Assembly (NCBI GenBank): GCA_964016885.1
Contig: OZ024740.1
Coordinates: 394,444,001-394,508,000, forward strand
Direction: 5' to 3'
Source of the DNA: Eledone cirrhosa
Taxonomy: Eukaryota
DNA: 64,000 bases
Under the pieces are notes generated by a model that saw nothing but the letters and a program-made list of their open reading frames with translations, did no database searches and had not been told where the DNA came from. The position numbers were made by a program, and so were the translations under genes. How positions within the stretch are numbered: the first letter of the stretch is position 1; every line of letters starts with the position of its first letter. Shown here piece by piece: positions 21,001 to 40,058 of the stretch.

Positions 21001-24000
21001 GATCGATACATATATTATTACTGATCCACACATATATTATTACTGATCCATACATATATTATTACTGATCCATACATATATTATTACTGATCCACATATA
21101 TATTATTACTGATCCATACATATATTATTACTGATCCATACATATATTATTACTGATCCACACATATATTATTACTGATCCACACATATATTATTACTGA
21201 TCCATACATATATTATTACTGATCTCTACATATATTATTACTGATCCATACATATATTATTACTGATCCATACATATATTATTACTGATCCACACATATA
21301 TTATTACTGATCCATACATATATTATTACTGATCCATACATATATTATTACTGATCCACACATATATTATTACTGATCCACACATATATTATTACTGATC
21401 CATACATATATTATTAATGATCCATACATATATTATTACTGATCCATACATATATTATTACTGATCCATACATATATTATTACTGATCCATACATATATT
21501 ATTACTGATCCATACATATATTATTACTTATCCACACATATATTATTACTAATCCATACATATATTATTACTGATCCATACATATATTATTACTGATCCA
21601 CACATATATTATTACTTATCCACACATATATTATTACTGATCCATACATATATTATTACTGATCCCTACATATATCATTACTGATCCATACATATATTAT
21701 TACTGATCCATAAATATATTATTACTGATCCAAACATATATTATTTCTGATGAAGACATATATTATTACTGATCCACACATATTATTACTGATCCATACA
21801 TATATTATTACTGATCCACATATATATTATTACTGATTCATACATATATTATTACTGATCCATACATATATTATTACAGATCCATACATATATTATTACT
21901 GATCCACACATATATTATTACTGATCCATACATATATTATTACTGATCCACACATATATTATTACTGATCCCCACAAATATTATTGCTGATCCACACATA
22001 TATTATTACTGATCCATACTTATATTATTAGTGATCCACACATATATTATTACTGATCCACACATATATTATTACTGATCCACACTTATATTATTACTGA
22101 TCCACACATATATTATTACTGATCCACACATATATTATTACTTATCCCTACATATATTATTACTGATCCATACATATATTATTACTGATCCATACATATA
22201 TTATTACTGATCCACACATATATTATTACTGATCCCTACATATATTATTACTGATCCATACATATATTATTACTGATCCATACATATATTATTACTGATC
22301 CACACATATATTATTACTGATCCCTACATATATTATTACTGATCCATACATATATTATTACTGATCCATACATATATTATTACTGATCCATATATATTTT
22401 ATTACTGTTCCACACATATATTATTACTGATCTGCACATATATTATTACTGATCCATACATATATTATTACTGATCGACACATATATTATTACTGATCCA
22501 CACATATATTATTATTGATCCATACATATATTATTACTGATGCATACATATATTATTACTGATCCACAAACATATTATTACTGATCCACACATATATTAT
22601 TACAGATTCATACATTTATTATTACTGATCCAAACATATATTATTACTGATCCACACATATATTATTACTGATCCACACATATATTATTACTGATCCACA
22701 CATATATTATTACTGATCCCTACAAATATTATTACTGATCCACACATATATTATTACTGATCCATACTTATATTATTAGTGATCCACACATATATTATTA
22801 CTGATCCACACATATATTATTACTGATCCACACTTATATTATTACTTATCCATACATATATTATTACTGATCCATACATATATTATTACTGATCCACACA
22901 TATATTATTACTGATTCACACATATATTATTACTGATCCACACATATATTATTACTGATCCACACATATATTATTACTGATCCCTACATATATTATTACT
23001 GATCCATACATATATTATTACTGATCCATACGTATATTATTACTGATCCACACATATATTATTACTGATCCACATATATATTATTACTGATCCACACATA
23101 TATATTATTACTGATCCATACATATATTATTACTGATCCATACATATATTATTACTGATGCACACATATATTATTACTGATCCACACATATATTATTACT
23201 GATCCACACATATATTATTACTGATCCATACGTATATTATTACTGATCCATACGTATATTATTACTGATCCATACATATATTATTACTGATCCATACATT
23301 TATTATTACTGATCCATACATATATTATTACTGATCCACACATATATTATTACTGAGCCACACATATATTATTACTGATCCACACATATATTATTACTGA
23401 TCCACACATATATTATTTCTGACCCATACATATATTATTACTGATCCATACATATATTATTACTGATCCATACATATATTATTACTGATCCACACATATA
23501 TTATTACTGATCCATACATGTATTATTACTGATCCACACTTATATTATTACTGAACAATACATATATTATTACTGATCCACACATATATTATTACTGATC
23601 CAGGCATATATTATTACTGATCCATACATATATTATTACTGATCCATACATATATTATTACTGATCCATACATATATTATTACTAATCCACACATATATT
23701 ATTACTGATCCATACATATATTATTACTGATCCACACATATATTATTACTGATCCACACATATATTATTACTGATCCATACATATATTATTACTAATCCA
23801 CATATATATTATTACTGATCCATACATATATTATTACTGGTCCACACATATCTTATTACTGATCCATACATATATTATTACTGATCCACACATATATTAG
23901 TACTGATTCATACATATATTATTACTGATCCACACATATATTATTACTGATTCACACATATATTATTACTGATCCATACATATATTATTACTGATCCCTA

Positions 24001-27000
24001 CATATATTATTACTGATCCTTACATATATTATTACTGATCCATACATATATTATTACTGCTCCACACATATATTATTACTGATCCACACATATATTATTA
24101 CTGATCCATGCATATATTATTACTGATCCACACATATATTATTACTTATCCACACATATTATTACTGATCCATATATATTTTATTACTGATCCATACATA
24201 TATTATTACTGATCCATACATATATTATTACTGATCCACACATATATTATTACTTATCCGCACATATATTATTACTAATCCATATATATTTTATTACTGA
24301 TCCATACATATATTATTACTGATCCACACAAAAATTATTACTTATCCACACATATATTATTAATGATCCACACATATATTATTACTTATCCACACATATA
24401 TTATTACTGATGCATACATATATTATTACTGATCCAGATATATATTATTACTGATCCATACATATATTATTACTGATCCACACATATATTATTACTGATC
24501 CACACATATATTATTACTGATCCCTACATATATTATTACAGATCCATACATATATTATTACTGATCCATACATATATTATTACTGATCCACACATATATT
24601 ATTACTGATCCCTACATATATTATTACTGATCCATACATATATTATTACTGATCCATACATATATTATTACTGATCCATATATATTTTATTACTGTTCCA
24701 CACATATATTATTACTGATCTGCACATATATTATTACTGATCCATACATATATTATTACTGATCGACACATATATTATTACTGATCCACACATATATTAT
24801 TATTGATCCATACATATATTATTACTGATTCATACATATATTATTACTGATCCACAAACATATTATTACTGATCCACACATATATTATTACAGATTCATA
24901 CATTTATTATTACTGATCCAAACATATATTATTACTGATCCACACATATATTATTACTGATCCACACATATTATTACTGATCCACACATATATTATTACT
25001 GATCCATACATTATTACTGATCCATACATATATTATTACTAATCCATACATATATTATTACTGATCCATACATATATTATTACTGATCCATACATATATT
25101 ATTACTGATCCACACATATATTGTTACTGATCCATACATATATTATTACTGATCCACACATATATTATTAGTGATCCATGCATATATTATTACTGATCCA
25201 CACATATATTATTACTTATCCACACATATATTATTACTGATCTCTACATATATTATTACTGATCCATACATATATTATTACTGATCCATACATATATTAT
25301 TATTGATCCACACATATATTATTACTGATCCACACATATATTATTACTGATCCATACATATATTATTCCTGATCCATACATATATTATTACTGATCCATA
25401 CATATATTATTACTGATCCATACATATATTATTACTGATCCACACATATATTATTACTGATCCACACATATATTATTACTGATCCATACATATATTATTA
25501 CTGATCTCTACATATATTATTACTGATCCATACATATATTATTACTGATCCATACATATATTATTATTGATCCACACATATATTATTACTGATCCACACA
25601 TATATTATTACTGATCCATACATATATTATTCCTGATCCATACATATATTATTACTGATCCATACATATATTATTACTGATCCACACATATATTATTACT
25701 GATCCACACATATATTATTACTTATCCACACATATATTATTACTGATCCACACATATATTATTACTTAGCCACACATATATTATTACTAATCCATACATA
25801 TATTATTACTGATCCACACATATATTATTACTTATCCACACATATATTATTACTGATCCATACATATATTATTCCTGATCCATACATATATTATTACTGA
25901 TCCATACATATATTATTACTGATCCATACACATATTATTACTGATCCACACATATATTATTACTGATCCACACATATATTATTACTGATCCATACATATA
26001 TTATTACTGATCTCTACATATATTATTACTGATCCATACATATATTATTACTGATCCATACATATATTATTATTGATCCACACATATATTATTACTGATC
26101 CACACATATATTATTACTGATCCATACATATATTATTCCTGATCCATACATATATTATTACTGATCCATACATATATTATTACTGATCCACACATATATT
26201 ATTACTGATCCACACATATATTATTACTTATCCACACATATATTATTACTGATCCACACATATATTATTACTTATCCACACATATATTATTACTAATCCA
26301 TACATATATTATTACTGATCCACACATATATTATTACTTATCCACACATATATTATTACTGATCCATACATATATTATTACTGATCGCTACATATATCAT
26401 TACTGATCCATACATATATTATTACTGATCCATACATATATTATTACAGATCCACACATATATCATTACTGATCCATACATATATTATTACCGATCCATA
26501 CAAATATTATTACTGATCCACACATATATTATTACTGATCCAAACATATATTATTACTGATCCATACATATATTATTACTGATCCACACATATATTATTA
26601 CTGATCCATACATATACTATTACTGATCCACACATATATTATTACTGATCCGCACATATATTATTACTGATCCATACATTTATTATTACTGATCCACACA
26701 TATATTATTACTGATCCACACATATATTATTACTGATCCATACATATATTATTACTGATCCATACATATATTATTACTGATCCATACATATATTATTACT
26801 AATCCACACATATATTATTACTGATCCATACATATATTATTACTGATCCACACATATATTATTACTGATCCACACATATATTATTACTGATCCACACATA
26901 TATTATTACTGATCCACACATATATTATTACTGATACATACATATATTATTACTGGTCCACACATATATTATTACTGATCCATACATATATTATTACTGA

Positions 27001-30000
27001 TCCACACATATATTAGTACTGATTCATACATATATTATTACTGATCCACACATATATTATTACTGATTCCCACATATATTATTACTGATCCATACATATA
27101 TTATTACTGATCCCTACATATATTATTACTGATCCATACATATATTATTACTGATCCAGATATATATTATTACTGATCCATACATATATTATTACTGATC
27201 CACACATATATTATTACTGATTCACACATATATTATTACTGTTCCATACATATATTATTACTGATCCACAAATATATTATTACTGATCCACACATATATT
27301 ATTACTGATCCATACATTTATTATTACTGATCCACACATATATTATTACTGCTCCACACATATATTATTACTGATCCATACATATATTATTACTGATCCA
27401 CACATATATTATTACTGATCCATGCATATATTATTACTGATCCACACATATATTATTACTGATCCACACATATTATTATTGATCCATATATATTTTATTA
27501 CTGATCCATACATATATTATTACTGATCCATACATATATTATTACTGATCCACACATATATCATTACTGATCCATACATATATTATTACCGATCCATACA
27601 AATATTATTACTGATCCACACATATATTATTACTGATCCAAACATATATTATTACTGATCCATACATATATTATTACTGATCCACACATATATTATTACT
27701 GATCCATACATATACTATTACTGATCCACACATATATTATTACTGATCCGCACATATATTATTACTGATCCATACATTTATTATTACTGATCCACACATA
27801 TATTATTACTGATCCACACATATATTATTACTGATCCATACATATATTATTACTGATCCATACATATATTATTACTGATCCATACATATATTATTACTAA
27901 TCCACACATATATTATTACTGATCCATACATATATTATTACTGATCCACACATATATTATTACTGATCCACACATATATTATTACTGATCCACACATATA
28001 TTATTACTGATCCACACATATATTATTACTGATACATACATATATTATTACTGGTCCACACATATATTATTACTGATCCATACATATATTATTACTGATC
28101 CACACATATATTAGTACTGATTCATACATATATTATTACTGATCCACACATATATTATTACTGATTCCCACATATATTATTACTGATCCATACATATATT
28201 ATTACTGATCCCTACATATATTATTACTGATCCATACATATATTATTACTGATCCAGATATATATTATTACTGATCCATACATATATTATTACTGATCCA
28301 CACATATATTATTACTGATTCACACATATATTATTACTGTTCCATACATATATTATTACTGATCCACAAATATATTATTACTGATCCACACATATATTAT
28401 TACTGATCCATACATTTATTATTACTGATCCACACATATATTATTACTGCTCCACACATATATTATTACTGATCCATACATATATTATTACTGATCCACA
28501 CATATATTATTACTGATCCATGCATATATTATTACTGATCCACACATATATTATTACTGATCCACACATATTATTATTGATCCATATATATTTTATTACT
28601 GATCCATACATATATTATTACTGATCCATACATATATTATTACTGATCCACACATATATTATTACTTATCCGCACATATATTATTACTAATCCATATATA
28701 TTTTATTACTGATCCATACATATATTATTACTGATCCACACATATATTATTACTTATCCACACATATATTATTACTGATTCACACATATATTATTACTTA
28801 TCCACACATATATTATTACTCATCCATACATATATTATTACTGATCCACACATATATTATTACTGATCCATACATATATTATTACTGATCCACACTTATA
28901 TTATTACTGATCCAGACATATATTATTACTAATCCATACATATATTATTACTGATCCACACATATATTATTAATAATCCACACATATGTTATTACTGATC
29001 CATACATTATTACTGATCCATACATATATTATTACTAATCCATACATATATTATGACTGATCCATACATATATTATTACTGATCCATACATATATTATTA
29101 CTGATCCACACATATATTGTTACTGATCCATACATATATTATTACTGATACACACATATATTATTACTGATCCATACATATATTATTACTGATCCACACA
29201 TATATTATTACTGATCCACACATATATTATTACTGATCCATACATATATTATTACTGATCTCTACATATATTATTACTGATCCATACATATATTATTACT
29301 GATCCATACATATATTATTATTGATCCACACATATATTATTACTGATCCACACATATATTATTACTGATCCATACATATATTATTCCTGATCCATACATA
29401 TATTATTACTGATCCATACATATATTATTACTGATCCACACATATATTATTACTGATCCACACATATATTATTACTTATCCACACATATATTATTACTGA
29501 TCCACACATATATTATTACTTATCCACACATATATTATTACTAATCCATACATATATTATTATTGATCCACACATATATTATTACTTATCCACACATATA
29601 TTATTACTGATCCATACATATATTATTACTGATCCCTACATATATCATTACTGATCCATACATATATTATTACTGATCCATACATATATTATTACCGATC
29701 CACACATATATTATTACTGATCCATACATATATTATTACCGATCCATACATATATTATTACTGATCCACACATATATTATTACTGATCCAAACATATATT
29801 ATTACTGATCCATACATATATTATTACTGATCCACACATATATTATTACTGATCCATACATATATTATTACTGATCCACACATATATTACTACTGATCCG
29901 CACATATATTATTACTGATCCATACATTTAATATTACTGATCCACACATATATTATTACTTATCCACACATATATTATTACTGATCCATACATATATTAT

Positions 30001-33000
30001 TACTGATCCACACATATATTATTACTGATCCACACATATATTATTACTGATCCATACATATATTATTACTGATCCACACATATATTATTACTGATCCAAA
30101 CATATATTATTACTGATCCATACATATATTATTACTGATCCACACATATATTATTACTGATCCACACATATATTATTACTGATCCACACATATATTATTA
30201 CTGATCCACACATATATTATTACTGATCCAAACATATATTAATACTGATCCATACATATATTGTTACTGATCCACACATATTATTACTGATCCACACATA
30301 TAATATTCCTCATCCACACATATATTATTACTGATCCATACATATATTATTACTAATCCATACATATATTATTACTGATCCACACATATATTATTACTGA
30401 TCCATACATATATTATTACTGATCCATACATATATTATTACTGATCCACACATATATTATTACTGATCCACACATATATTATTACTGATCCATACATATA
30501 TTATTACTGAACCATACATATATTATTACTGATCTCTACATATATTATTACTGATCCATACATATATTATTAATGATCCATACATATATCATTACTGATC
30601 CACACATATATTATTACTGATCCATACATATATTATTACCGATCCACACATATATTATTACTGATCCATACATATATTATTACCAATCCATACATATATT
30701 ATTACTGATACATACATATATTATTACTGATCCACACATATATTATTACTGATCCGCACATATATTATTACTGATCCATACATTTATTATTACTGATCCA
30801 CACATATATTATTACTGATCCACACATATATTATTACTGATCCATACATATATTATTACTGATCCACACATATATTATTACTGATCCACACATATATTAT
30901 TACTGATCCATACATATATTATTACTGATCCACACATATATTATTACTGATCCAAACATATATTATTACTGATCCATACATATATTATTACTGATCCACA
31001 CATATATTATTACTGATCCACACATATATTATTACTGATCCACACATATATTATTACTGATCCACACATATATTATTACTGATCCATACATATATTATTA
31101 CTGATCCATACATATATTATTACTGATCCACACATATATTATTACAGATTCATACATATATTATTACTGATCCAAACATATATTATTACTGATCCATACA
31201 TATATTATTACTGATCCACACATATTATTACTGATCCACACATATAATATTCCTCATCCACACATATATTATTACTGATCCATACATATATTATTACTGA
31301 TCCATACATATATTATTACTGATCCACACATATATTATTACTGATCCATACATATATTATTACTGATCCATACATATATTATTACTGATCCACAAATATA
31401 TTATTACTAATCCACACATATATTATTACTGATCCATACATATATTATTACTGATCTCTAAATATATTATTACTGATCCATACATATATTATTACTGATC
31501 CATACATATATTATTACTGATCCACACATATATTATTACTGATCCATACATATATTATTACTGATCCATACATATATTATTACTGATCCACACATATATT
31601 ATTACTGATCCACACATATATTATTACTGATCCATACATATATTATTAATGATCCATACATATATTATTACTGATCCATACATATATTATTACTGATCCA
31701 TACATATATTATTACTGATCCATACATATATTATTACTGATCGACACATATATTATTACTGATCCATACATATATTATTACTGATCTCTACATATATTAT
31801 TACTGATCCATACATATATTATTACTGATCCATACATATATTATTACCGATCCATACATATATTATTACTGATCCACACATATATTATTACTGATCCAAA
31901 CGTATATTATTACTGATCCATACATATATTATTACTGATCCACACATATATTATTACTGATCCATACATATATTATTACTGATCCACACATATATTATTA
32001 CTGATCCGCACATATATTATTACTGATCCATACATTTATTATTACTGATCCACACATATATTATTACTGATCCACACATATATTATTACTGATCTATACA
32101 TATATTATTACTGATCCATACATATATTATTACTGATCCATACATATATTATTACTAATCCACACATATATTATTACTGATCCATACATATATTATTACT
32201 GATCCACACATATATTATTACTGATCCACACATTTATTATTACTGATCCACACATATATTATTACTGATCCACACATACATTATTACTGATCCATACATA
32301 TATTATTACTGGTCCACACATATATTATTACTGATCCACACATATATTAGTACTGATTCATACATATATTATTACTGATCCACACATATATTATTACTGA
32401 TTCACACATATATTATTACTGATCCATACATATATTATTACTGATCCCTACATATATTATTACTGATCCATACATATATTATTACTGATCCAGATATATA
32501 TTATTACTGATCCATACATATATTATTACTGATCCACACATATATTATTACTGATTCACACATATATTATTACTGTTCCATACATATATTATTACTGATC
32601 CACACATATATTATTACTGATCCACACATATATTATTACTGATCCATACATTTATTATTACTGATCCACACATATATTATTACTGCTCCACACATATATT
32701 ATTACTGATCCATACATATATTATTACTGATCCACACATATATTATTACTGATCCATGCATATATTATTACTGATCCACACATATATTATTACTTATCCA
32801 CACATATTATTACTGATCCATATATATTTTATTACTGATCCATACATATATTATTACTGATCCATACATATATTATTACTGATCGACACATATATTATTA
32901 CTGATCCATACATATATTATTACTGATCTCTACATATATTATTACTGATCCATACATATATTATTACTGATCCATACATATATTATTACCGATCCATACA

Positions 33001-36000
33001 TATATTATTACTGATCCACACATATATTATTACTGATCCAAACATATATTATTACTGATCCATACATATATTATTACTGATCCACACATATATTATTACT
33101 GATCCATACATATATTATTACTGATCCACACATATTATTACTGAGCGCACATATATTATTACTGATCCATACATTTATTATTACTGATCCACACATCTAT
33201 TATTACTGATCCACACATATATTATTACTGATCCATACATATATTATTACTGATCCATACATATATTATTACTGATCCATACATATATTATTACTAATCC
33301 ACACATATATTATTACTGATCCATACATATATTATTACTGATCCACACATATATTATTACTGATCCACACATATATTATTACTGATCCACACATATATTA
33401 TTACTGATCCACACATATATTATTACTGATCCATACATATATTATTAATGATCCATACATATATTATTACTGATCCATACATATATTATTACTGATCCAT
33501 ACATATATTATTACTGATCCATACATATATTATTACTGATCGACACATATATTATTACTGATCCATACATATATTATTACTGATCTCTACATATATTATT
33601 ACTGATCCATACATATATTATTACTGATCCATACATATATTATTACCGATCCATACATATATTATTACTGATCCACACATATATTATTACTGATCCAAAC
33701 ATATATTATTACTGATCCATACATATATTATTACTGATCCACACATATATTATTACTGATCCATACATATATTATTACTGATCCACACATATATTATTAC
33801 TGATCCGCACATATATTATTACTGATCCATACATTTATTATTACTGATCCACACATATATTATTACTGATCCACACATATATTATTACTGATCTATACAT
33901 ATATTATTACTGATCCATACATATATTATTACTGATCCATACATATGTTATTACTAATCCACACATATATTATTACTGATCCATACATATATTATTACTG
34001 ATCCACACATATATTATTACTGATCCACACATTTATTATTACTGATCCACACATATATTATTACTGATCCACACATACATTATTACTGATCCATACATAT
34101 ATTATTACTGGTCCACACATATATTATTACTGATCCATACATATATTATTACTGATCCACACATATATTAGTACTGATTCATACATATATTATTACTGAT
34201 CCACACATATATTATTACTGATTCACACATATATTATTACTGATCCATACATATATTATTACTGATCCCTACATATATTATTACTGATCCATACATATAT
34301 TATTACTGATCCAGGTATATATTATTACTGATCCATACATATATTATTACTGATCCACACATATATTATTACTGATTCACACATATATTATTACTGTTCC
34401 ATACATATATTATTACTGATCCACACATATATTATTACTGATCCACACATATATTATTACTGATCCATACATTTATTATTACTGATCCACACATATATTA
34501 TTACTGCTCCACACATATATTATTACTGATCCATACATATATTATTACTGATCCACACATATATTATTACTGATCCATGCATATATTATTACTGATCCAC
34601 ACATATATTATTACTTATCCACACATATTATTACTGATCCATATATATTTTATTACTGATCCATACATATATTATTACTGATCCATACATATATTATTAC
34701 TGATCGACACATATATTATTACTGATCCATACATATATTATTACTGATCTCTACATATATTATTACTGATCCATACATATATTATTACTGATCCATACAT
34801 ATATTATTACCGATCCATACATATATTATTACTGATCCACACATATATTATTACTGATCCAAACATATATTATTACTGATCCATACATATATTATTACTG
34901 ATCCACACATATATTATTACTGATCCATACATATATTATTACTGATCCACACATATATTATTACTGAGCGCACATATATTATTACTGATCCATACATTTA
35001 TTATTACTGATCCACACATCTATTATTACTGATCCACACATATATTATTACTGATCCATACATATATTATTACTGGTCCACACATATATTATTACTGATC
35101 CATACATATATTATTACTGATCCATACATATATTAGTACTGATTCATACATATATTATTACTGATCCACACATATATTATTACTGATTCACACATATATT
35201 ATTACTGATCCATACATATATTATTACTGATCCCTACATATATTATTACTGATCCATACATATATTATTACTGATCCAGATATATATTATTACTGATCCA
35301 TACATATATTATTACTGATCCACACATATATTATTACTGATTCACACATATATTATTACTGTTCCATACATATATTATTACTGATCCACACATATATTAT
35401 TACTGATCCACACATATATTATTACTGATCCATACATTTATTATTACTGATCCACACATATATTATTACTGCTCCACACATATATTATTACTGATCCATA
35501 CATATATTATTACTGATCCACACATATATTATTACTGATCCATGCATATATTATTACTGATCCACACATATATTATTACTTATCCACACATATTATTACT
35601 GATCCATATATATTTTATTACTGATCCATACATATATTATTACAGATCCATACATATATTATTACTGATCCACACATATATTATTACTAATCCATATATA
35701 TTTTATTACTGATCCATACATATATTGTTACTGATCCACACATATATTATTACTTATCCACACAAATATTATTACTGATCCACACATATATTATTACTTA
35801 TCCACACATATATTATTACTCATCCATACATATATTATTACTGATCCACACATATATTATTACTGATCCATACATATATTATTACTGATCCACACTTATA
35901 TTATTACTGATCCAGACATATATTATTACTAATCCATACATATATTATTACTGATCCACACATATATTATTAATAATCCACACATATATTATTACTGATC

Positions 36001-39000
36001 CATACATTATTACTGATCCATACATATATTATTACTAATCCATACATATATTATTACTGATCCATACATATATTATTGCTGATCCATACATATATTATTA
36101 CTGATCCACACATATATTGTTACTGATCCATACATATATTATTACTGATCCACACATATATTATTAGTGATCCATGCATATATTATTACTGATCCACACA
36201 TATATTATTACTTATCCACACATATATTATTACTAATCCATACATATATTATTACTGATCCACACATATATTATTACTTATCCCCACATATATTATTACT
36301 TATCCCCACATATATTATTACTGATCCATACATATATTATTACTGATCCCTACATATATCATTACTGATCCATACATATATTATTACTGATCCATACATA
36401 TATTATTACCGATCCACACATATATTATTACTGATCCATACATTTATTATTACTGATCCACACATATATTATTACTGATCCACACATATATTATTACTGA
36501 TCCATACATATATTATTACTGATCCACACATATATTATTACTGATCCGCACATATATTATTACTGATCCATACATTTATTATTACTGATCCACACATATA
36601 TTATTACTGATCCATACATTTATTATTACTGATCCACACATATATTATTACTGATCCACACATATATTATTACTGATCCATACATATATTATTACTGATC
36701 CACACATATATTATTATTGATCCACACATATATTATTACTTATCCCCACATATATTATTACTGATCCATACATATATTATTACTGATCCCTACATATATC
36801 ATTTCTGATCCATACATATATTATTACTGATCCATACATATATTATTACCGATCCACACATATATTATTACTGATCCATACATATATTATTACCGATTCA
36901 TACATATATTATTACTGATCCACACATATATTATTACTGATCCAAACATATATTATTACTGATCCATACATATATTATTACTGATCCACACATATATTAT
37001 TACTGATCCATACATATATTATTACTGATCCACACATATATTATTACTGATCCGCACATATATTATTACTGATCCATACATTTATTATTACTGATCCACA
37101 CATATATTATTACTGATCCACACATATATTATTACTGATCCATACATATATTATTACTGATCCACACATATATTATTACTGATCCACACATATATTATTA
37201 CTGATCCATACATATATTATTACTGATCCACACATATATTATTACTGATCCCCACATATATTATTACTGATCCATACATATATTATTACTGATCCCTACA
37301 TATATCATTTCTGATCCATACATATATTATTACTGATCCATACATATATTATTACCGATCCACACATATATTATTACTGATCCATACATATATTATTACC
37401 GATTCATACATATATTATTACTGATCCACACATATATTATTACTGATCCAAACATATATTATTACTGATCCATACATATATTATTACTGATCCACACATA
37501 TATTATTACTGATCCATACATATATTATTACTGATCCACACATATATTATTACTGATCCGCACATATATTATTACTGATCCATACATTTATTATTACTGA
37601 TCCACACATATATTATTACTGATCCACACATATATTATTACTGATCCATACATATATTATTACTGATCCACACATATATTATTACTGATCCACACATATA
37701 TTATTACTGATCCATACATATATTATTACTGATCCACACATATATTATTACTGATCCAAACATATATTATTACTGATCCATACATATATTATTACTGATC
37801 CACACATATATTATTACTGATCCACACATATATTATTACTGATCCACACATATATTATTACTGATCCATACATATATTATTACTGATCCATACATATATT
37901 ATTACTGATCCACACATATATTATTACAGATTCATACATATATTATTACTGATCCAAACATATATTATTACTGATCCATACATATATTATTACTGATCCA
38001 CACATATTATTACTGATCCACACATATAATATTCCTCATCCACACATATATTATTACTGATCCATACATATATTATTACTGATCCATACATATATTATTA
38101 CTGATCCACACATATATTATTACTGATCCATACATATATTATTACTGATCCATACATATATTATTACTGATCCACACATATATTATTACTGATCCACACA
38201 TATATTATTACTGATCCATACATATATTATTACTGATCCATACATATATTATTACTGATATCTACATATATTATTACTGATCCATACATATATTATTAAT
38301 GATCCATACATATATCATTACTGATCCATACATATATTATTACTGATCCATACATATATTATTACCGATCCACACATATATTATTACTGATCCATACATA
38401 TATTATTACCGATCCATACATATATTATTACTGATCCATACATATATTATTACTGATCCACACATATATTATTACTGATCCGCACATATATTATTACTGA
38501 TCCATACATTTATTATTACTGATCCACACATATATTATTACTGATCCACACATATATTATTACTGATCCATACATATATTATTACTGATCCACACATATA
38601 TTATTACTGATCCACACATATATTATTACTGATCCATACATATATTATTACTGATCCACACATATATTATTACTGATCCAAACATATATTATTACTGATC
38701 CAAACATATATTATTACTGATCCATACATATATTATTACTGATCCACACATATTATTACTGATCCACACATATAATATTCCTCATCCACACATATATTAT
38801 TACTGATACATACATATATTATTGCTGATCCATACATATATTATTACTGATCCACACATATATTATTACTGATCCATACATATATTATTACTGATCCATA
38901 CATATATTATTACTGATCCACACATATATTATTACTGATCCACACATATATTATTACTGATCCATACATATATTATTACTGATCCATACATATATTATTA

Positions 39001-40058
39001 ATGATCCATACATATATCATTACTGATCCATACATATATTATTACTAATCCATACATATATTATTACCGATCCACACATATATTATTACTGATCCATACA
39101 TATATTATTACCGATCCACACATATATTATTACAGATTCATACATATATTATTACTGATCCAAACATATATTATTACTGATCCATACATATATTATTACT
39201 GATCCACACATATTATTACTGATCCACACATATAATATTCCTCATCCGCACATATATTATTACTGATCCATACATATATTATTACTGATCCATACATATA
39301 TTATTACTGATCCACACATATATTATTACTGATCCATACATATATTATTACTGATCCATACATATATTATTACTGATCCACACATATATTATTACTGATC
39401 CACACATATATTATTACTGATCCATACATATATTATTACTGATTTCTACATATATTATTACTGATCCATACATATATTATTACTGATCCATACATATATT
39501 ATTACTGATCCACACATATATTATTACTGATCCATACATATATTATTACTGATCCATACATATATTATTACTGATCCACACATATATTATTACTGATCCA
39601 CACATATATTATTACTGATCCATACATATATTATTAATGATCCATACATATATTATTACTGATCCATACATATATTATTACTGATCCATACATATATTAT
39701 TACTGATCCATACATATATTATTACTGATCGACACATATATTATTACTGATCCATACATATATTATTACTGATCTCTACATATATTATTACTGATCCATA
39801 CATATATTATTACTGATCCATACATATATTATTATTGATCCACACATATATTATTACTGATCCACACATATATTATTCCTGATCCATACATATATTATTA
39901 CTGATCCACACATATATTATTACTGATCCATACATATATTATTCCTGATCCATACATATATTATTACTGATCCATACATATATTATTACTGATCCACACA
40001 TATATTATTACTGATCCACACATATATTATTACTGATCCACACATATATTATTACTGA
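1..40058. repeat. 22-bp tandem satellite array, consensus ATTACTGATCCA(C/T)ACATATATT, about 1,800 monomers, truncated by the window start
   Basis: Period 22 is directly visible (1-22, 23-44, 45-66). Uninterrupted head-to-tail array with point variants and occasional shorter monomers. Ends abruptly at ...ATTACTGA|AGATAGG (40058). Confidence 0.99.

Noticed and set aside
1-40058. CRISPR-like array, or an information-bearing C/T binary pattern in the satellite
   Set aside because: No unique spacers and no cas genes, in a eukaryotic context. The CAC/CAT dimorphism is explained by block duplications.
1-40058. Repeat-encoded protein
   Set aside because: The 22-bp period cycles through frames and brings TGA (plus) or TAA (minus) stops into frame every 66 bp. 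The ORF track reports nothing here.
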